The position numbers were made by a program, and so were the translations under genes. Shown in pieces: positions 30,059-39,909 of a DNA stretch of 64,000 nt. The DNA lies in the IMG/VR virus record IMGVR_UViG_3300044712_001937, positions 300,703 to 364,702 of that record; one strand, 5' to 3'. The first letter of the stretch is position 1. Each line of letters opens with the position of its first letter. Below the pieces are notes generated by a model. The model made no database searches. It saw only the letters and a list, made by a program, of their open reading frames with translations, and was not told the DNA's origin.

Positions 30059-30958
30059 TTATATACCGCCTATAACTTCATCAAAATTTTGATTTTCATC
30101 AATATTTGTTCGTTTTTCTTTTACTTCAAACAATGGCACATCTGTAACGTCATCTTTAATATTAAATAAATCAAATTGTTTAGTAATTACTCTATCTTTA
30201 TCATAATGTGTTAATATACCTTTCTTAACATCTTTTACTTGTTCACCAGCAACAATATCCATCAATGTATCGATTGTGTTTTCAACCATTTCTATTTCAA
30301 TAACCAATGGTTCAAAATTAGTATTTAATAATAAAATTTCTTGTCCAGCATTTCCAATAAAAGGTGTTGCATTTGGTTTAACATCTGAACTTGAACTTGG
30401 AGTTACTTGTAAGAATATTTTTGTTCCAGCATCATCAAAACGCCATCTCGTTGCTTTTTGAGTAGTATTACCAACATTTTCTGTAATAGGAGAAACTTTA
30501 TTTGAAGTAACTATATATCTTACAACATTTCTCATTTTAGTACCATCACTGTTAATATATTCGATTCTATACCCTTGTAATGCATTGTTTGAAGTTAAAT
30601 TAGCTGGTAATTTATTTACATCAACTAATATTCCTTTAACTGTTGGTAATGCAGATAAAACTCCACAATCATTAATTGTAGTCAGAATTATTTTAGGTCT
30701 AAGATAAATCGTATAAAAACCTAATTGATTAAATATAGTTGCAGGTAAATTTAAATTATAAATTCCTTCTAATAAATTTTCATGGTTTACTAATTGTTCA
30801 TCTGTGGGCAAATAATTATATGTTATAATATCTGTTGCATTTAATCTAATAAACACATCATTTTTAGTTTCTCTATTTGCTGTATAATTATAAAATGCAT
30901 CAATATCATCAATGCTTACATCTGCTGCTCTTATTGTTCCGTATGTACCTACTGCCAT
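30059..30958 (-). CDS. Putative structural protein
   Basis: 299-aa beta-rich ORF within the baseplate operon. Confidence 0.7.
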   Translation of the reverse strand: MAVGTYGTIRAADVSIDDIDAFYNYTANRETKNDVFIRLNATDIITYNYLPTDEQLVNHENLLEGIYNLNLPATIFNQLGFYTIYLRPKIILTTINDCGVLSALPTVKGILVDVNKLPANLTSNNALQGYRIEYINSDGTKMRNVVRYIVTSNKVSPITENVGNTTQKATRWRFDDAGTKIFLQVTPSSSSDVKPNATPFIGNAGQEILLLNTNFEPLVIEIEMVENTIDTLMDIVAGEQVKDVKKGILTHYDKDRVITKQFDLFNIKDDVTDVPLFEVKEKRTNIDENQNFDEVIGGI

Positions 30959-30959
30959 A

Positions 30960-31418
30960 TTATGTATTATTTTTTATGTAAAAATATTTACCGCCAGCAT
31001 ATAATTTAAAATCACTTAATGATTTAACATGCTCTAAACGATAAAATTTATCAAAAACAGATAATTCTTGTCTTTCTATAAATACATCATCAACTGTTTT
31101 TGGATTGCTTATGATATTATCCTTAATTGGATTTTTATAAATTGGAGCATTAATAAAATTTGGACTATCATATCCAACTCCAATAAATGAATATTTAGTA
31201 ATTTTTGAATTACCTGTAGTTGAAGTAATGATAATATCGTTATATTTAATTCCATCGATATAATAAATAACATTATCAGTATTTGAAATATCATAATCAA
31301 CACCATTAACAATATCACTACCATTACCAAAATATTGTTCCGTAAATATAGAGGTAACTTTATATTTCTTTAATTCATTTAATCTACTGGTACATTCACC
31401 TGTTACTACGTATGACAT
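30960..31418 (-). CDS. Hypothetical protein (baseplate operon)
   Basis: 152-aa ORF tightly coupled to its neighbours. Confidence 0.7.
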   Translation of the reverse strand: MSYVVTGECTSRLNELKKYKVTSIFTEQYFGNGSDIVNGVDYDISNTDNVIYYIDGIKYNDIIITSTTGNSKITKYSFIGVGYDSPNFINAPIYKNPIKDNIISNPKTVDDVFIERQELSVFDKFYRLEHVKSLSDFKLYAGGKYFYIKNNT

Positions 31419-31458
31419 TTAAATTTTAAATTTAAGTAATAATACTATATTAATCATA

Positions 31459-31647
31459 TTAAATAGTATTATTTGATTCATCAAAATAAGCATTAAAAAA
31501 TCCAATATCTTGTAATTCCGAAATTAATCCAAATTTAATATGATAAACAGCATTTAAATCTGGAATAATTATATGACATTTTTCATCACATTCATCTGTG
31601 GTTGTAGTAGTCATTTTACGAAATATTGTTTTTTTAATTTTTTCCAT
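31459..31647 (-). CDS. Small hypothetical protein with a poly-Thr run
   Basis: 62 aa; the start overlaps the stop of the baseplate wedge gene; contains KMTTTTTDEC. Confidence 0.6.
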   Translation of the reverse strand: MEKIKKTIFRKMTTTTTDECDEKCHIIIPDLNAVYHIKFGLISELQDIGFFNAYFDESNNTI

Positions 31648-33491
31648 TATTCATTTCTTTTTCTTAAATAAACTCTAATATCTTTTTCTGGATATTTAAT
31701 TTCAAACATTGAATCTGGCTCAGAATATATGGTATTGTTAACAATTTTAATTTGACCAGTTTTATCATCACTAATTGTTTGAGAAATAGGGTTAATTGAA
31801 TATTGTCCTCCAATTTTATTATAAATTTTTAATTCAATAATATTTATAACTCCATTAGCATTAAGAATTTCTTTTTGAAGTTTTCCTAAGAAAATATCTT
31901 GATTCATTTCTTGTTTAGTGATATCAAAATAATCTTTTACTAATGTTATAATACTATTTGCAACTTGATTATCATTAATATTTTCAATATATACATCAAC
32001 ATCAATTGCTAAATTAAATATTTTCCCATCTGTTACTTCAATAAAATCGTTTATCATTCTATATTGAGTAAGATATTCAGCAATATTTTCTTTTAATAAA
32101 GTATTACTTGAATTTGATAATTTACCATCACTCGCAATATCGAGAACAGATATTATTATTTTATTATTCTTTTTAAATACATTTGCACGATATGGTGAAC
32201 CAAATTTACCCGGCATTTTATATAACTGCATTAAATAATCAGTTAGTGTAACATCTCTATTTTGACTTGAGAAATTATACTTAATTAATTGTCTTATTTG
32301 TTCAACACTTAATCCATCATTACCACCAATAGCTGGAATTGGATTATTAACTTTTAAACTCTTTTCAACTAATTTATTATTATCTTGTCGAGAGCCATTT
32401 GCTTTTATTGTATATGAACCAAGAGTATTGATAGTACCAGTTCCCACATTTGAATTTATACCGCCACCAGTACGATATTTAATAAATAAAGTATAACCAC
32501 CTTTAAGTCTTTCTCCTAATGCTGTATTATTTAAGAAATTTTCAAGAAATGCTCTATTATCAACACCTTCTTTTAAGAAACCTTCTTTAAAAGCATTGGT
32601 TTCAACATCTCCAGAACCAAATGTAATTTTACAATAACCATTAGGTGTAAATTCTTTAATGAATTTTTTAGTTACATCAATCCATGTAGCTGCTTTAATT
32701 CCACTTGTTTGTTTATTATTACCCGATTTATTACTATCTTCAATAAAAACTCTTTGTTGTGCCAAATAATCAACCTCATAATATCTATTATCATGATTAT
32801 AAAAATCATTAATTGTTGGGTTTGTGGTGAAATTAGTTCCTTCTAATAAGATAATACTATCAATTTCAATAATATTCATATCAGGTAATACTATTGAGAA
32901 AAATGGAATAACATCGTTACTTGTAATAACTCTTTTATAGATATTTGATGAACCATTTATAACAATTTCTCTTTTAGTTACAGTATAATTCTGTAATATT
33001 CCATTGGAGTCAAAATTTGGTAATATTGAGCGATTTGGGTCACCTAAACTACTTACTGAAGAACTCCAATCAATAGCATATTGTGTTTCAAAAACATTTC
33101 CAGCTCCAATTGTTTGTGCTCCAACAAATAATAATGGATAATATGATGCATCTGGACTATCACCAAGTACAGGTATTTTTACTGAAAAATCCACAACAGT
33201 TACTGAAGGTCGTTTTGCAGGAATATTAAAACCCATATTTTTTGCAATATTTAATATGGATGATTTTTGTCGAGCATATTCTAACTGTGTTTCTTGAAAT
33301 ACTCTATCAGTATTTATCGATAAATTATTACCAACACCTGCATTTAAATCAAGTAGCATTGCGCCAACACTTGAGTCTGAAAAATCACTAATAACTTCTG
33401 GATATGATTGTTTAATTAATGTAATTAAATCATTCCTGATTTCACCAAAAGTTCTACTACCATATTTTACTACATTTGTACTATCTGCCAT
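31647..33491 (-). CDS. Baseplate wedge subunit (T4 gp6/baseplate J-like)
   Basis: SRTFGEIRNDLI..., DFSDSSVG..LLDL.A and A.GG.D..S.E.IR......SQNRDVT..DY; immediately follows the gp25-like gene. Confidence 0.85.
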   Translation of the reverse strand: MADSTNVVKYGSRTFGEIRNDLITLIKQSYPEVISDFSDSSVGAMLLDLNAGVGNNLSINTDRVFQETQLEYARQKSSILNIAKNMGFNIPAKRPSVTVVDFSVKIPVLGDSPDASYYPLLFVGAQTIGAGNVFETQYAIDWSSSVSSLGDPNRSILPNFDSNGILQNYTVTKREIVINGSSNIYKRVITSNDVIPFFSIVLPDMNIIEIDSIILLEGTNFTTNPTINDFYNHDNRYYEVDYLAQQRVFIEDSNKSGNNKQTSGIKAATWIDVTKKFIKEFTPNGYCKITFGSGDVETNAFKEGFLKEGVDNRAFLENFLNNTALGERLKGGYTLFIKYRTGGGINSNVGTGTINTLGSYTIKANGSRQDNNKLVEKSLKVNNPIPAIGGNDGLSVEQIRQLIKYNFSSQNRDVTLTDYLMQLYKMPGKFGSPYRANVFKKNNKIIISVLDIASDGKLSNSSNTLLKENIAEYLTQYRMINDFIEVTDGKIFNLAIDVDVYIENINDNQVANSIITLVKDYFDITKQEMNQDIFLGKLQKEILNANGVINIIELKIYNKIGGQYSINPISQTISDDKTGQIKIVNNTIYSEPDSMFEIKYPEKDIRVYLRKRNE

Positions 33492-33502
33492 ATCTTATAT
33501 TC

Positions 33503-33901
33503 TTAAAAATTTAAATCTAATTCACCTTGTTCTGAAAAAACATCCTCACTATATGTAAATTTAATATTCACATTTAATTGATTATCTGAAATAATATTAC
33601 CATAATCATCAGTATTTCTATTAAATGTAACTGAATTTACTGTTAAAGCAGGTATATATAATGCAACAGTTTTTTTAATATCTTGCTCTACATCAACTGC
33701 AGTCATATTATCATTAGGTTCAAAAATATATTTTAATAAATTTGTCCCATAATCAGGTTGATAATATCTTTCACCTTTTTGAGTTAGTAATAATAGCAAT
33801 AAATCTGAAGAAAAAGCTTCTTTAGTTAATGTACTTAACTGAAAATAAGTATTATTAACACTATCATCATTAAGTGGGAATTTAATATTAAACGTTGGCA
33901 T
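33503..33901 (-). CDS. Baseplate wedge subunit, T4 gp25/GPW-like
   Basis: LLLLLTQKGERYYQPDYGTNLLKYIFEP motif; late motif (33919-33925). Confidence 0.88.
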   Translation of the reverse strand: MPTFNIKFPLNDDSVNNTYFQLSTLTKEAFSSDLLLLLLTQKGERYYQPDYGTNLLKYIFEPNDNMTAVDVEQDIKKTVALYIPALTVNSVTFNRNTDDYGNIISDNQLNVNIKFTYSEDVFSEQGELDLNF

Positions 33902-33937
33902 TATAATTTAATTTTCTATAAATACTTATAAATAAAA

Positions 33938-33962
33938 AAATCCCGACAACTTGCCGGGATTT
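33938..33962. terminator. Intrinsic terminator
   Basis: aaatcccg...cgggattt stem preceded by an A-run (a T-run on the minus strand), downstream of the 33990-34445 gene. Confidence 0.65.
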
Positions 33963-33989
33963 ATATGTATCATTTAAAATGTCAAATAA

Positions 33990-34445
33990 TTATTTCTTTT
34001 TACCTCGCTTACCTTTAGTTAAAGCTTTAGCTTCATCTTCTTCTTGTTTTTTTGCATCAAAAAGAGATTTCACTGACTCATGCAATATTACAATAGACTC
34101 ATGACCAAATTTTTCCAACACACCCCGATATGTACTAAAATTAGGTTTTTCTAATGAAACTGCATCACTTTCAGATACACTTACACCTGCAAGGCATTCT
34201 ATAATAGCCATTTCTTGATGGTCAGCAGGTAATTTATCAAACACTTCTTCATTAAATACAACTGCGAAATTTACACCTTCAGTAATAATTTCAACAAGGT
34301 CGCTCATTTTTACAATTTTATAAAGTTCTTTCTGCTTATTATTACATAGAACTTCAAACTGAATCCAATGAGGAATAGCTGTTTTATCTTTAACACTATC
34401 AAATAACTCAACCATTTCTTCAGATGCTTTTTCAATCTTTGCCAT
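33990..34445 (-). CDS. Hypothetical protein, possibly a degenerate phage metallopeptidase-like fold
   Basis: The FAVVFNEEVFDKLPADHQEMAIIECLAG layout resembles phage metallopeptidases but lacks HExxH; basic C-terminal tail. Confidence 0.45.
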   Translation of the reverse strand: MAKIEKASEEMVELFDSVKDKTAIPHWIQFEVLCNNKQKELYKIVKMSDLVEIITEGVNFAVVFNEEVFDKLPADHQEMAIIECLAGVSVSESDAVSLEKPNFSTYRGVLEKFGHESIVILHESVKSLFDAKKQEEDEAKALTKGKRGKKK

Positions 34446-34456
34446 AAAATTTAATT

Positions 34457-34918
34457 TTAATTGTTAATAATAGAACTATATTTAGATTTAATTTCATCAA
34501 CTTTTAATTTTAAGCTTGTATATATTGGATTATCCCATTTATCTTTTAAATTGTCATCAAGCTCATTAACATAAGAGAACATATCGATAACACAAGCCAT
34601 TACAGTGTCTTCAATATCTATTAAGTTAGCTAAAAATTTATTAGCTGCATCTTTTTGTCTAATTAATTCCATTTCTTTATCATATTTTGAATTAATCTCT
34701 GCAACTTCTTCTTTACTAACTGTTTTTACACCATCAGCTTTAGCAGTTTCAATTATTTTTTCATTTAAAGCACTTAATTCTTCTTCAGAAGAAAAATTAA
34801 CACCAAATTTTTTAGTTGCCAATTCGTCAACTTCATTAATTTTTTTTGCAGCATCTGAATTAAATTCTCCAGTATCCACTGCTTTTTTCAAATTGTTTAA
34901 AAAATCACTACCAGCCAT
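34457..34918 (-). CDS. Hypothetical helical protein
   Basis: 153-aa ORF in an operon. Confidence 0.7.
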   Translation of the reverse strand: MAGSDFLNNLKKAVDTGEFNSDAAKKINEVDELATKKFGVNFSSEEELSALNEKIIETAKADGVKTVSKEEVAEINSKYDKEMELIRQKDAANKFLANLIDIEDTVMACVIDMFSYVNELDDNLKDKWDNPIYTSLKLKVDEIKSKYSSIINN

Positions 34919-34931
34919 TTTATTTTCACTT

Positions 34932-35885
34932 TTATTTTACGCTTACAGTTTCCATCTCAATTCCTTGAAATTTCAATACATCATAAGCATCATTATGTTT
35001 AATTCTTTTTTTAAATTCGATAATACCAAAACCCATTAATTCTCCATAATCATTTCTGACAAATATACTTTTAATATTTATAATTTCCTTAAAAATTTCT
35101 GAATTTTCATCTAATTCATCAGTTTTAAATTTCAAAGGTATAAAAAATTCTAATTGTCTATATTCAAAACCAATTTTCTTTACATGTAAAAATTCACTTA
35201 ATTGTTCAATTTTATTTACAACATCATTATTATCTCGTTGAACCTTAATTGGAAATTTAAACGATTTAGATTTATTAGCGATATCCATAACTTGATATTC
35301 ATCGCTTTCAACATCTTCATCTAAACAAGATTCTGCAGGTTCAATTATTTTATTACCACTTTTTTCAACAACGCTCATAATATCTGCTAAACCTACTTCA
35401 ATTGGGTGATTATTAAATATATAAACTAATTCGTAATCATCGTCTTTAGTTCGTCTGGCTTCTGTTTCAATTGCCAAAACTTCACCTAAAGTTTTTCCAG
35501 CATGTTTATGTTTATCATCAAAAAACCCAAAATGTTCATAACGTCTACCCCAAGCATCTTTATCTTGACCATATGACATATGATATTTATCTGCAGTAGT
35601 TGCAATTTTACGTGGAGATGCTTTTTTCATAAATGCATCCGCTTTTTTCAACACCTCATAATAATCTTTTGTATATTTTTCATCAGTTTGACCTGCATAA
35701 AATTTTTCAAGTACCGGATTATGATGAAGTTTTCTTGTCTCTTTTTTATCTGTTTCCTTTAAATCATTAGGGTCAGCTTTAAGAATGTCTACTTCAGTAT
35801 TACGTAATGCAATACTGAAATAAACCATAATTGTACGAAATTTAATATAAAGCCAAAGTATGAAATTTTGAATAATTCTTTTCAA
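34932..35885 (-). CDS. Hypothetical protein
   Basis: 317-aa ORF with a hydrophobic N-terminus. Confidence 0.75.
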   Translation of the reverse strand: MKRIIQNFILWLYIKFRTIMVYFSIALRNTEVDILKADPNDLKETDKKETRKLHHNPVLEKFYAGQTDEKYTKDYYEVLKKADAFMKKASPRKIATTADKYHMSYGQDKDAWGRRYEHFGFFDDKHKHAGKTLGEVLAIETEARRTKDDDYELVYIFNNHPIEVGLADIMSVVEKSGNKIIEPAESCLDEDVESDEYQVMDIANKSKSFKFPIKVQRDNNDVVNKIEQLSEFLHVKKIGFEYRQLEFFIPLKFKTDELDENSEIFKEIINIKSIFVRNDYGELMGFGIIEFKKRIKHNDAYDVLKFQGIEMETVSVK

Positions 35886-35895
35886 TTTTTTTATT

Positions 35896-37284
35896 TTAAG
35901 ATACTATTAATGTTTTTGCAACAGCAGCTTCATAAAATTCAACACGTTTTTTAGTAACCTCTGCTAAATTATATTTAACTTTAAAATCTTCATATAAATT
36001 ATCACCTAATTGTTTTCTTAAATCAGCATTTAATATTAATTTTTTAAGATATTTATGCCAATATTTATGTGCATTATCCTTTGCAGGTATTAATACACAA
36101 TTTTCCATATGTTTACCATGAACATTATAAGGAGGTATGTCTGAACATAAGATTGGTAATTTACGTGTCCAACATTCTACTTGTTTTAAGTTAGATTTCA
36201 TTCTATTAAATGAATTATCTGCTAATGGAGCTATAACTATATCAGTTTCATCTAAAACAGTTGCATATGAATTTGCTTTTTGAGTCCAACGTCTTGCAAA
36301 ATTACCTTCATCCTCATACTTAATATTTCTTTCAAAATTCATTAACCATTGAAGATAATCTTGATTTTTAATCATATTATGATTATTTGTTAATATTTTT
36401 TCATAATTATAGTAAACGCTTTCTTCACTTCTAATATCTCTTTGTTGTGATTTAAATACATTACCACGATATTTATCTTTCATATCTTGAGGTAGTTTAG
36501 GAATTTGGTCAACGTCACCTCTTGTTTTATTAATTGCTTTTACAACTTCTGTAGTCCATAATCCCTTTCTTTGTAGTTCAGTAGCAAATTCTTGATTAAA
36601 AGTGATATCAGTAGTATTACCTTCAGTATCCCAACCTGCAATAATTACTTTAAACTTATCTTTCAATTCCGGGTCATTAGATAATACATTAAATACACCT
36701 TCAAGTTGCTCAACATCACCCATATGAGAAGAACCTGCCATATATGTAATTCTTACACGACCATCAGGGTCAGCTTTCCAATTATTTTGGAATTGTTTCA
36801 TCCATATTGGGTCTATTGAGTTATAAAATACACCAATTTTATCGATAGATTTTCCACTTACTTTAGAAATTTCATTTGCAAATAAATCAGTTGTGGTTGT
36901 AACATAATCAGCAATTTTTAAATTTTCAATAATTGGAATATGTAACTTTTTCTCTAAGCTTAAACTATAAAAAGGATGTTTTTTATTTAATTCCCAATAG
37001 TCATCGATATCAGCAATTAAAATAGTTCCAGATTCTCTTAATTCTTTTGCTAATTGAACCATTTGTCTGGTGTCAGATAAAAACTGACGATGATAGTGAA
37101 TTATATGGAATGTTTTTAAATAATCAACAAATTTAGGGTCATTAAAATCTATTTGAGGGTTGATTTCAACATAAAATTTATCTGAATGATTTCTTTCAAT
37201 TTCCATTGCTGGAGTTAGTGTACGAAAATAATTTACACCTGCACCATCAAGATTGTAAAATAAAATTCTAATTTTTCCGTCCAT
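35896..37284 (-). CDS. GT-B glycosyltransferase (GT4-like)
   Basis: N-terminal GVNYFRTLTPA, DIDDYW and TTT..FA; C-terminal DIVIAPLADNSFNRMKSNLKQVE and PILCSDIPPY. Confidence 0.8.
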   Translation of the reverse strand: MDGKIRILFYNLDGAGVNYFRTLTPAMEIERNHSDKFYVEINPQIDFNDPKFVDYLKTFHIIHYHRQFLSDTRQMVQLAKELRESGTILIADIDDYWELNKKHPFYSLSLEKKLHIPIIENLKIADYVTTTTDLFANEISKVSGKSIDKIGVFYNSIDPIWMKQFQNNWKADPDGRVRITYMAGSSHMGDVEQLEGVFNVLSNDPELKDKFKVIIAGWDTEGNTTDITFNQEFATELQRKGLWTTEVVKAINKTRGDVDQIPKLPQDMKDKYRGNVFKSQQRDIRSEESVYYNYEKILTNNHNMIKNQDYLQWLMNFERNIKYEDEGNFARRWTQKANSYATVLDETDIVIAPLADNSFNRMKSNLKQVECWTRKLPILCSDIPPYNVHGKHMENCVLIPAKDNAHKYWHKYLKKLILNADLRKQLGDNLYEDFKVKYNLAEVTKKRVEFYEAAVAKTLIVS

Positions 37285-37362
37285 ATTAGCTATAATATTA
37301 TAATATAATGTAATTTACAGTTAATACGAATTCAATTAATTTATCTTGAATTAATAATTAAA

Positions 37363-37387
37363 AAAGCCAGTAAAATTTACTGGCTTT
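37363..37387. terminator. Intrinsic terminator
   Basis: Inverted repeat aaagccagtaaa/tttactggcttt. Confidence 0.7.
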
Positions 37388-37407
37388 AAAAATAATTCAA
37401 TTTAAAA

Positions 37408-37755
37408 TTATTCAGTTTCTTTTCTCACTTCTCTTTTTTTTATATTTGTTTTAGGAGGTTCTTCAATTTTTTCATTTACATTATTTACTACATTATTAAT
37501 TTTAGGTAATGATATTTCAATCATTGCAGATAAATCAGATTGACTAACTTCAATAACAGTTATTAAATTTTTTACTCTTAATCTATGTACCGATAATGGT
37601 AGTGTTGGTACTGTTAAATAAACAAATTCTCCGGGTTTAATATTTAATGATTTTTTTGTAATTCCATCAACATAATCAACAGTTAATATTGAATTATTTT
37701 TTAATTCACGTTTTCCGAGTGTATTTGTAATGTTTGTTATTTTATATGTGCTCAT
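37408..37755 (-). CDS. Hypothetical protein
   Basis: 115-aa ORF. Confidence 0.7.
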   Translation of the reverse strand: MSTYKITNITNTLGKRELKNNSILTVDYVDGITKKSLNIKPGEFVYLTVPTLPLSVHRLRVKNLITVIEVSQSDLSAMIEISLPKINNVVNNVNEKIEEPPKTNIKKREVRKETE

Positions 37756-37761
37756 ATTTAA

Positions 37762-38592
37762 TTATTTTAATCCTTGTATTAGGTTATCGCCATATTTTAT
37801 ACCATCATAACCATACTTCATTGCTTTTTCAGCAATTGCTTTAGCTTTTAAATTATTTGACGGTACATTATTTTGGCTACTTATTTTTTCAAAATTTATA
37901 TTTGGAAACCATATTTTTGCTAATATATCAACAGGTTGTTGACTTTTTTTTAAAACTAATCCTAATTCATGAGTATCTAATAAATTTTCAAAATCAATTT
38001 GATATCTATCAAATCCATCAATAGGTGCTAATGTAAAGAAATTACCTACTACAGAATTTTCAGAAATAGGTTCTTTTCTATAACCAATAATGGTTTTCTG
38101 ATTTTTCGTTGGATTTTCAATTTGAATATTTTTATTATCTTCTTCTAACGTTGCTAAAAATTCACTATCGCTATTACCCGAATTAATTTGATTATCTTGA
38201 TTAATTACATCTTGTGTTTCAACTTCTTCTAATGAACGAGATTGTTCATACTCAAAAATGTCTTGTATTTTATTCAACAATCTACAAGCATCTTTAAAAT
38301 TCATATCAAGTTTAACGGCTTTTAATGGTTTTTTATCATAAAGAGCACGAGCAAATCTATGATGACCATCACATATTTTATTATCTTCAGCAATCCAAAT
38401 AGGATTTTTATCATCTAAAGTACATTTACCAACTTCATCAGAAAATGTTATTCCTTGAGATGGTTGTAATTCATCCGGAGTTACTTCAATAAAATTATAA
38501 CCAATACCTTCATCATCTAATTTCTGCACAATAACATCATATGGCGCAGACATTTGTGGAAGAAAATATGGTTTATATCTTAAATCAATCAT
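37762..38592 (-). CDS. ParB/sulfiredoxin-like N-terminal domain protein with a second C-terminal domain
   Basis: ELQPSQ...PIWIAEDNKICDGHHRF; the C-terminal region ends KAMKYGYDGIKY; late motif (38610-38616). Confidence 0.7.
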   Translation of the reverse strand: MIDLRYKPYFLPQMSAPYDVIVQKLDDEGIGYNFIEVTPDELQPSQGITFSDEVGKCTLDDKNPIWIAEDNKICDGHHRFARALYDKKPLKAVKLDMNFKDACRLLNKIQDIFEYEQSRSLEEVETQDVINQDNQINSGNSDSEFLATLEEDNKNIQIENPTKNQKTIIGYRKEPISENSVVGNFFTLAPIDGFDRYQIDFENLLDTHELGLVLKKSQQPVDILAKIWFPNINFEKISSQNNVPSNNLKAKAIAEKAMKYGYDGIKYGDNLIQGLK

Positions 38593-38623
38593 CGTATTAT
38601 ATTTTCATATAAATACGATGATT

Positions 38624-39193
38624 TTATTTTTTTATTAAATTTTGAATTTCCTCATTAATGATAGATAAAATACTGTTTTTAGTCGATGAAATTAATTCCA
38701 ATTCTCCTTTATCAGCATGATAAATATTAAACACAATACCTTGAGGAATTAAAGGAATTGTTTGCATATAAGATTCAATATCCGAATCTCTATCATCATA
38801 AACATTAATTTCTTCTAATTCAGGATATTTTTTCAAATATTCAAGAATCCTATCACCCTTTGTAAGTTCAATAGTTTTCATATCAACTTTATCAACATTA
38901 ATCATGTTAATATCTAAAACTGCTTGAAGACTTGGGCGTAGTTTCTCTCGTCTGGATGTTAATATTATCACTAATGATTCATCATCTTTAATCGCATCAT
39001 TTAAAATACTAAATATTTTTGGAAATGGTTTAATATTAAATACTGTTAAATCTAAACTTTCAGGTCTTCCCCACCAACCAGAATATGTATAAATTTTATT
39101 ATAAAACTTTTCCCATATCAATTTTCCCTTTTCAAAATTTAAAGTATTAATTAATGTTCCATCAAAGTCGAATGCATATAATCTTTTAATCAT
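38624..39193 (-). CDS. HAD phosphatase of the Swiss Army Knife RNA-repair type (HAD_SAK-like)
   Basis: Motif I FDFDGTL, WWGRPESL insert, motif II ILTSR, motif III Lys (TKGD) and motif IV INVYDDR. Confidence 0.8.
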   Translation of the reverse strand: MIKRLYAFDFDGTLINTLNFEKGKLIWEKFYNKIYTYSGWWGRPESLDLTVFNIKPFPKIFSILNDAIKDDESLVIILTSRREKLRPSLQAVLDINMINVDKVDMKTIELTKGDRILEYLKKYPELEEINVYDDRDSDIESYMQTIPLIPQGIVFNIYHADKGELELISSTKNSILSIINEEIQNLIKK

Positions 39194-39909
39194 AATAATT
39201 CTTTTTTTAATTTTTCAACAATATTTTCATAATACAATATTCTTATTAATTTAATATTTTCATTAATAACAAAATTATTTTTTATATTATCTCTTATTTT
39301 CTGTAAATCAAATCTGTCTTTTGCTCTCTCTATCGAAATTCCTCCAAAATTTTTAGGTATTAAATGTTGTTCTCCATCATATTCAATTAGAATATTTTTT
39401 TTAATTAAATAAAAATCAAAAGATAATTCTTTAATATTATGGCATTTTACAAATCTTTTATTTATTTCATATTCTATATTATTTTCATCTAGCCAATTTT
39501 TTATTTTTAGTTCGCCATTTGACTTTTTACAAATAGGACATCCATAACCTTTTAAATGACTATGTGGCTGTTGATTAAACCATATTTTATGAATATTACA
39601 AAAAATTTCCATATTATGATTAGTGCCAGAATATGATAGTTTATTATATAAGTAAGAATTACCATGTATTTTCTTAAATCTAAAAAGCATAACATCGTAA
39701 TCAAGCCGTCTTAATTCATCAGAGCATTTCCTACAACCTCTTCCTATTAAATGTTTATAAGGCATTTGTTGAAAAATACCATGTTTATTACAAATTATAT
39801 TAATTTTAGTATGTGCATTAATGTAATTAACTAAATCATAATTATATTTATTATTATGAATATAATTTGCATTTTTTATAAATTTATCAGTTTTAGATTC
39901 ATAAATCAT
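39190..39909 (-). mobile_element. Putative homing endonuclease (DUF723-like Zn repeats plus Vsr/DUF559-like domain)
   Basis: IIC.KHGIFQQMPYKHL.GRGCRKC and C..H..WFNQQPHSHLKGYGCPIC repeats; SNGELKI...FDFYL...ILIEYDGEQH; overlaps both neighbours by 4 nt. Confidence 0.8.
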
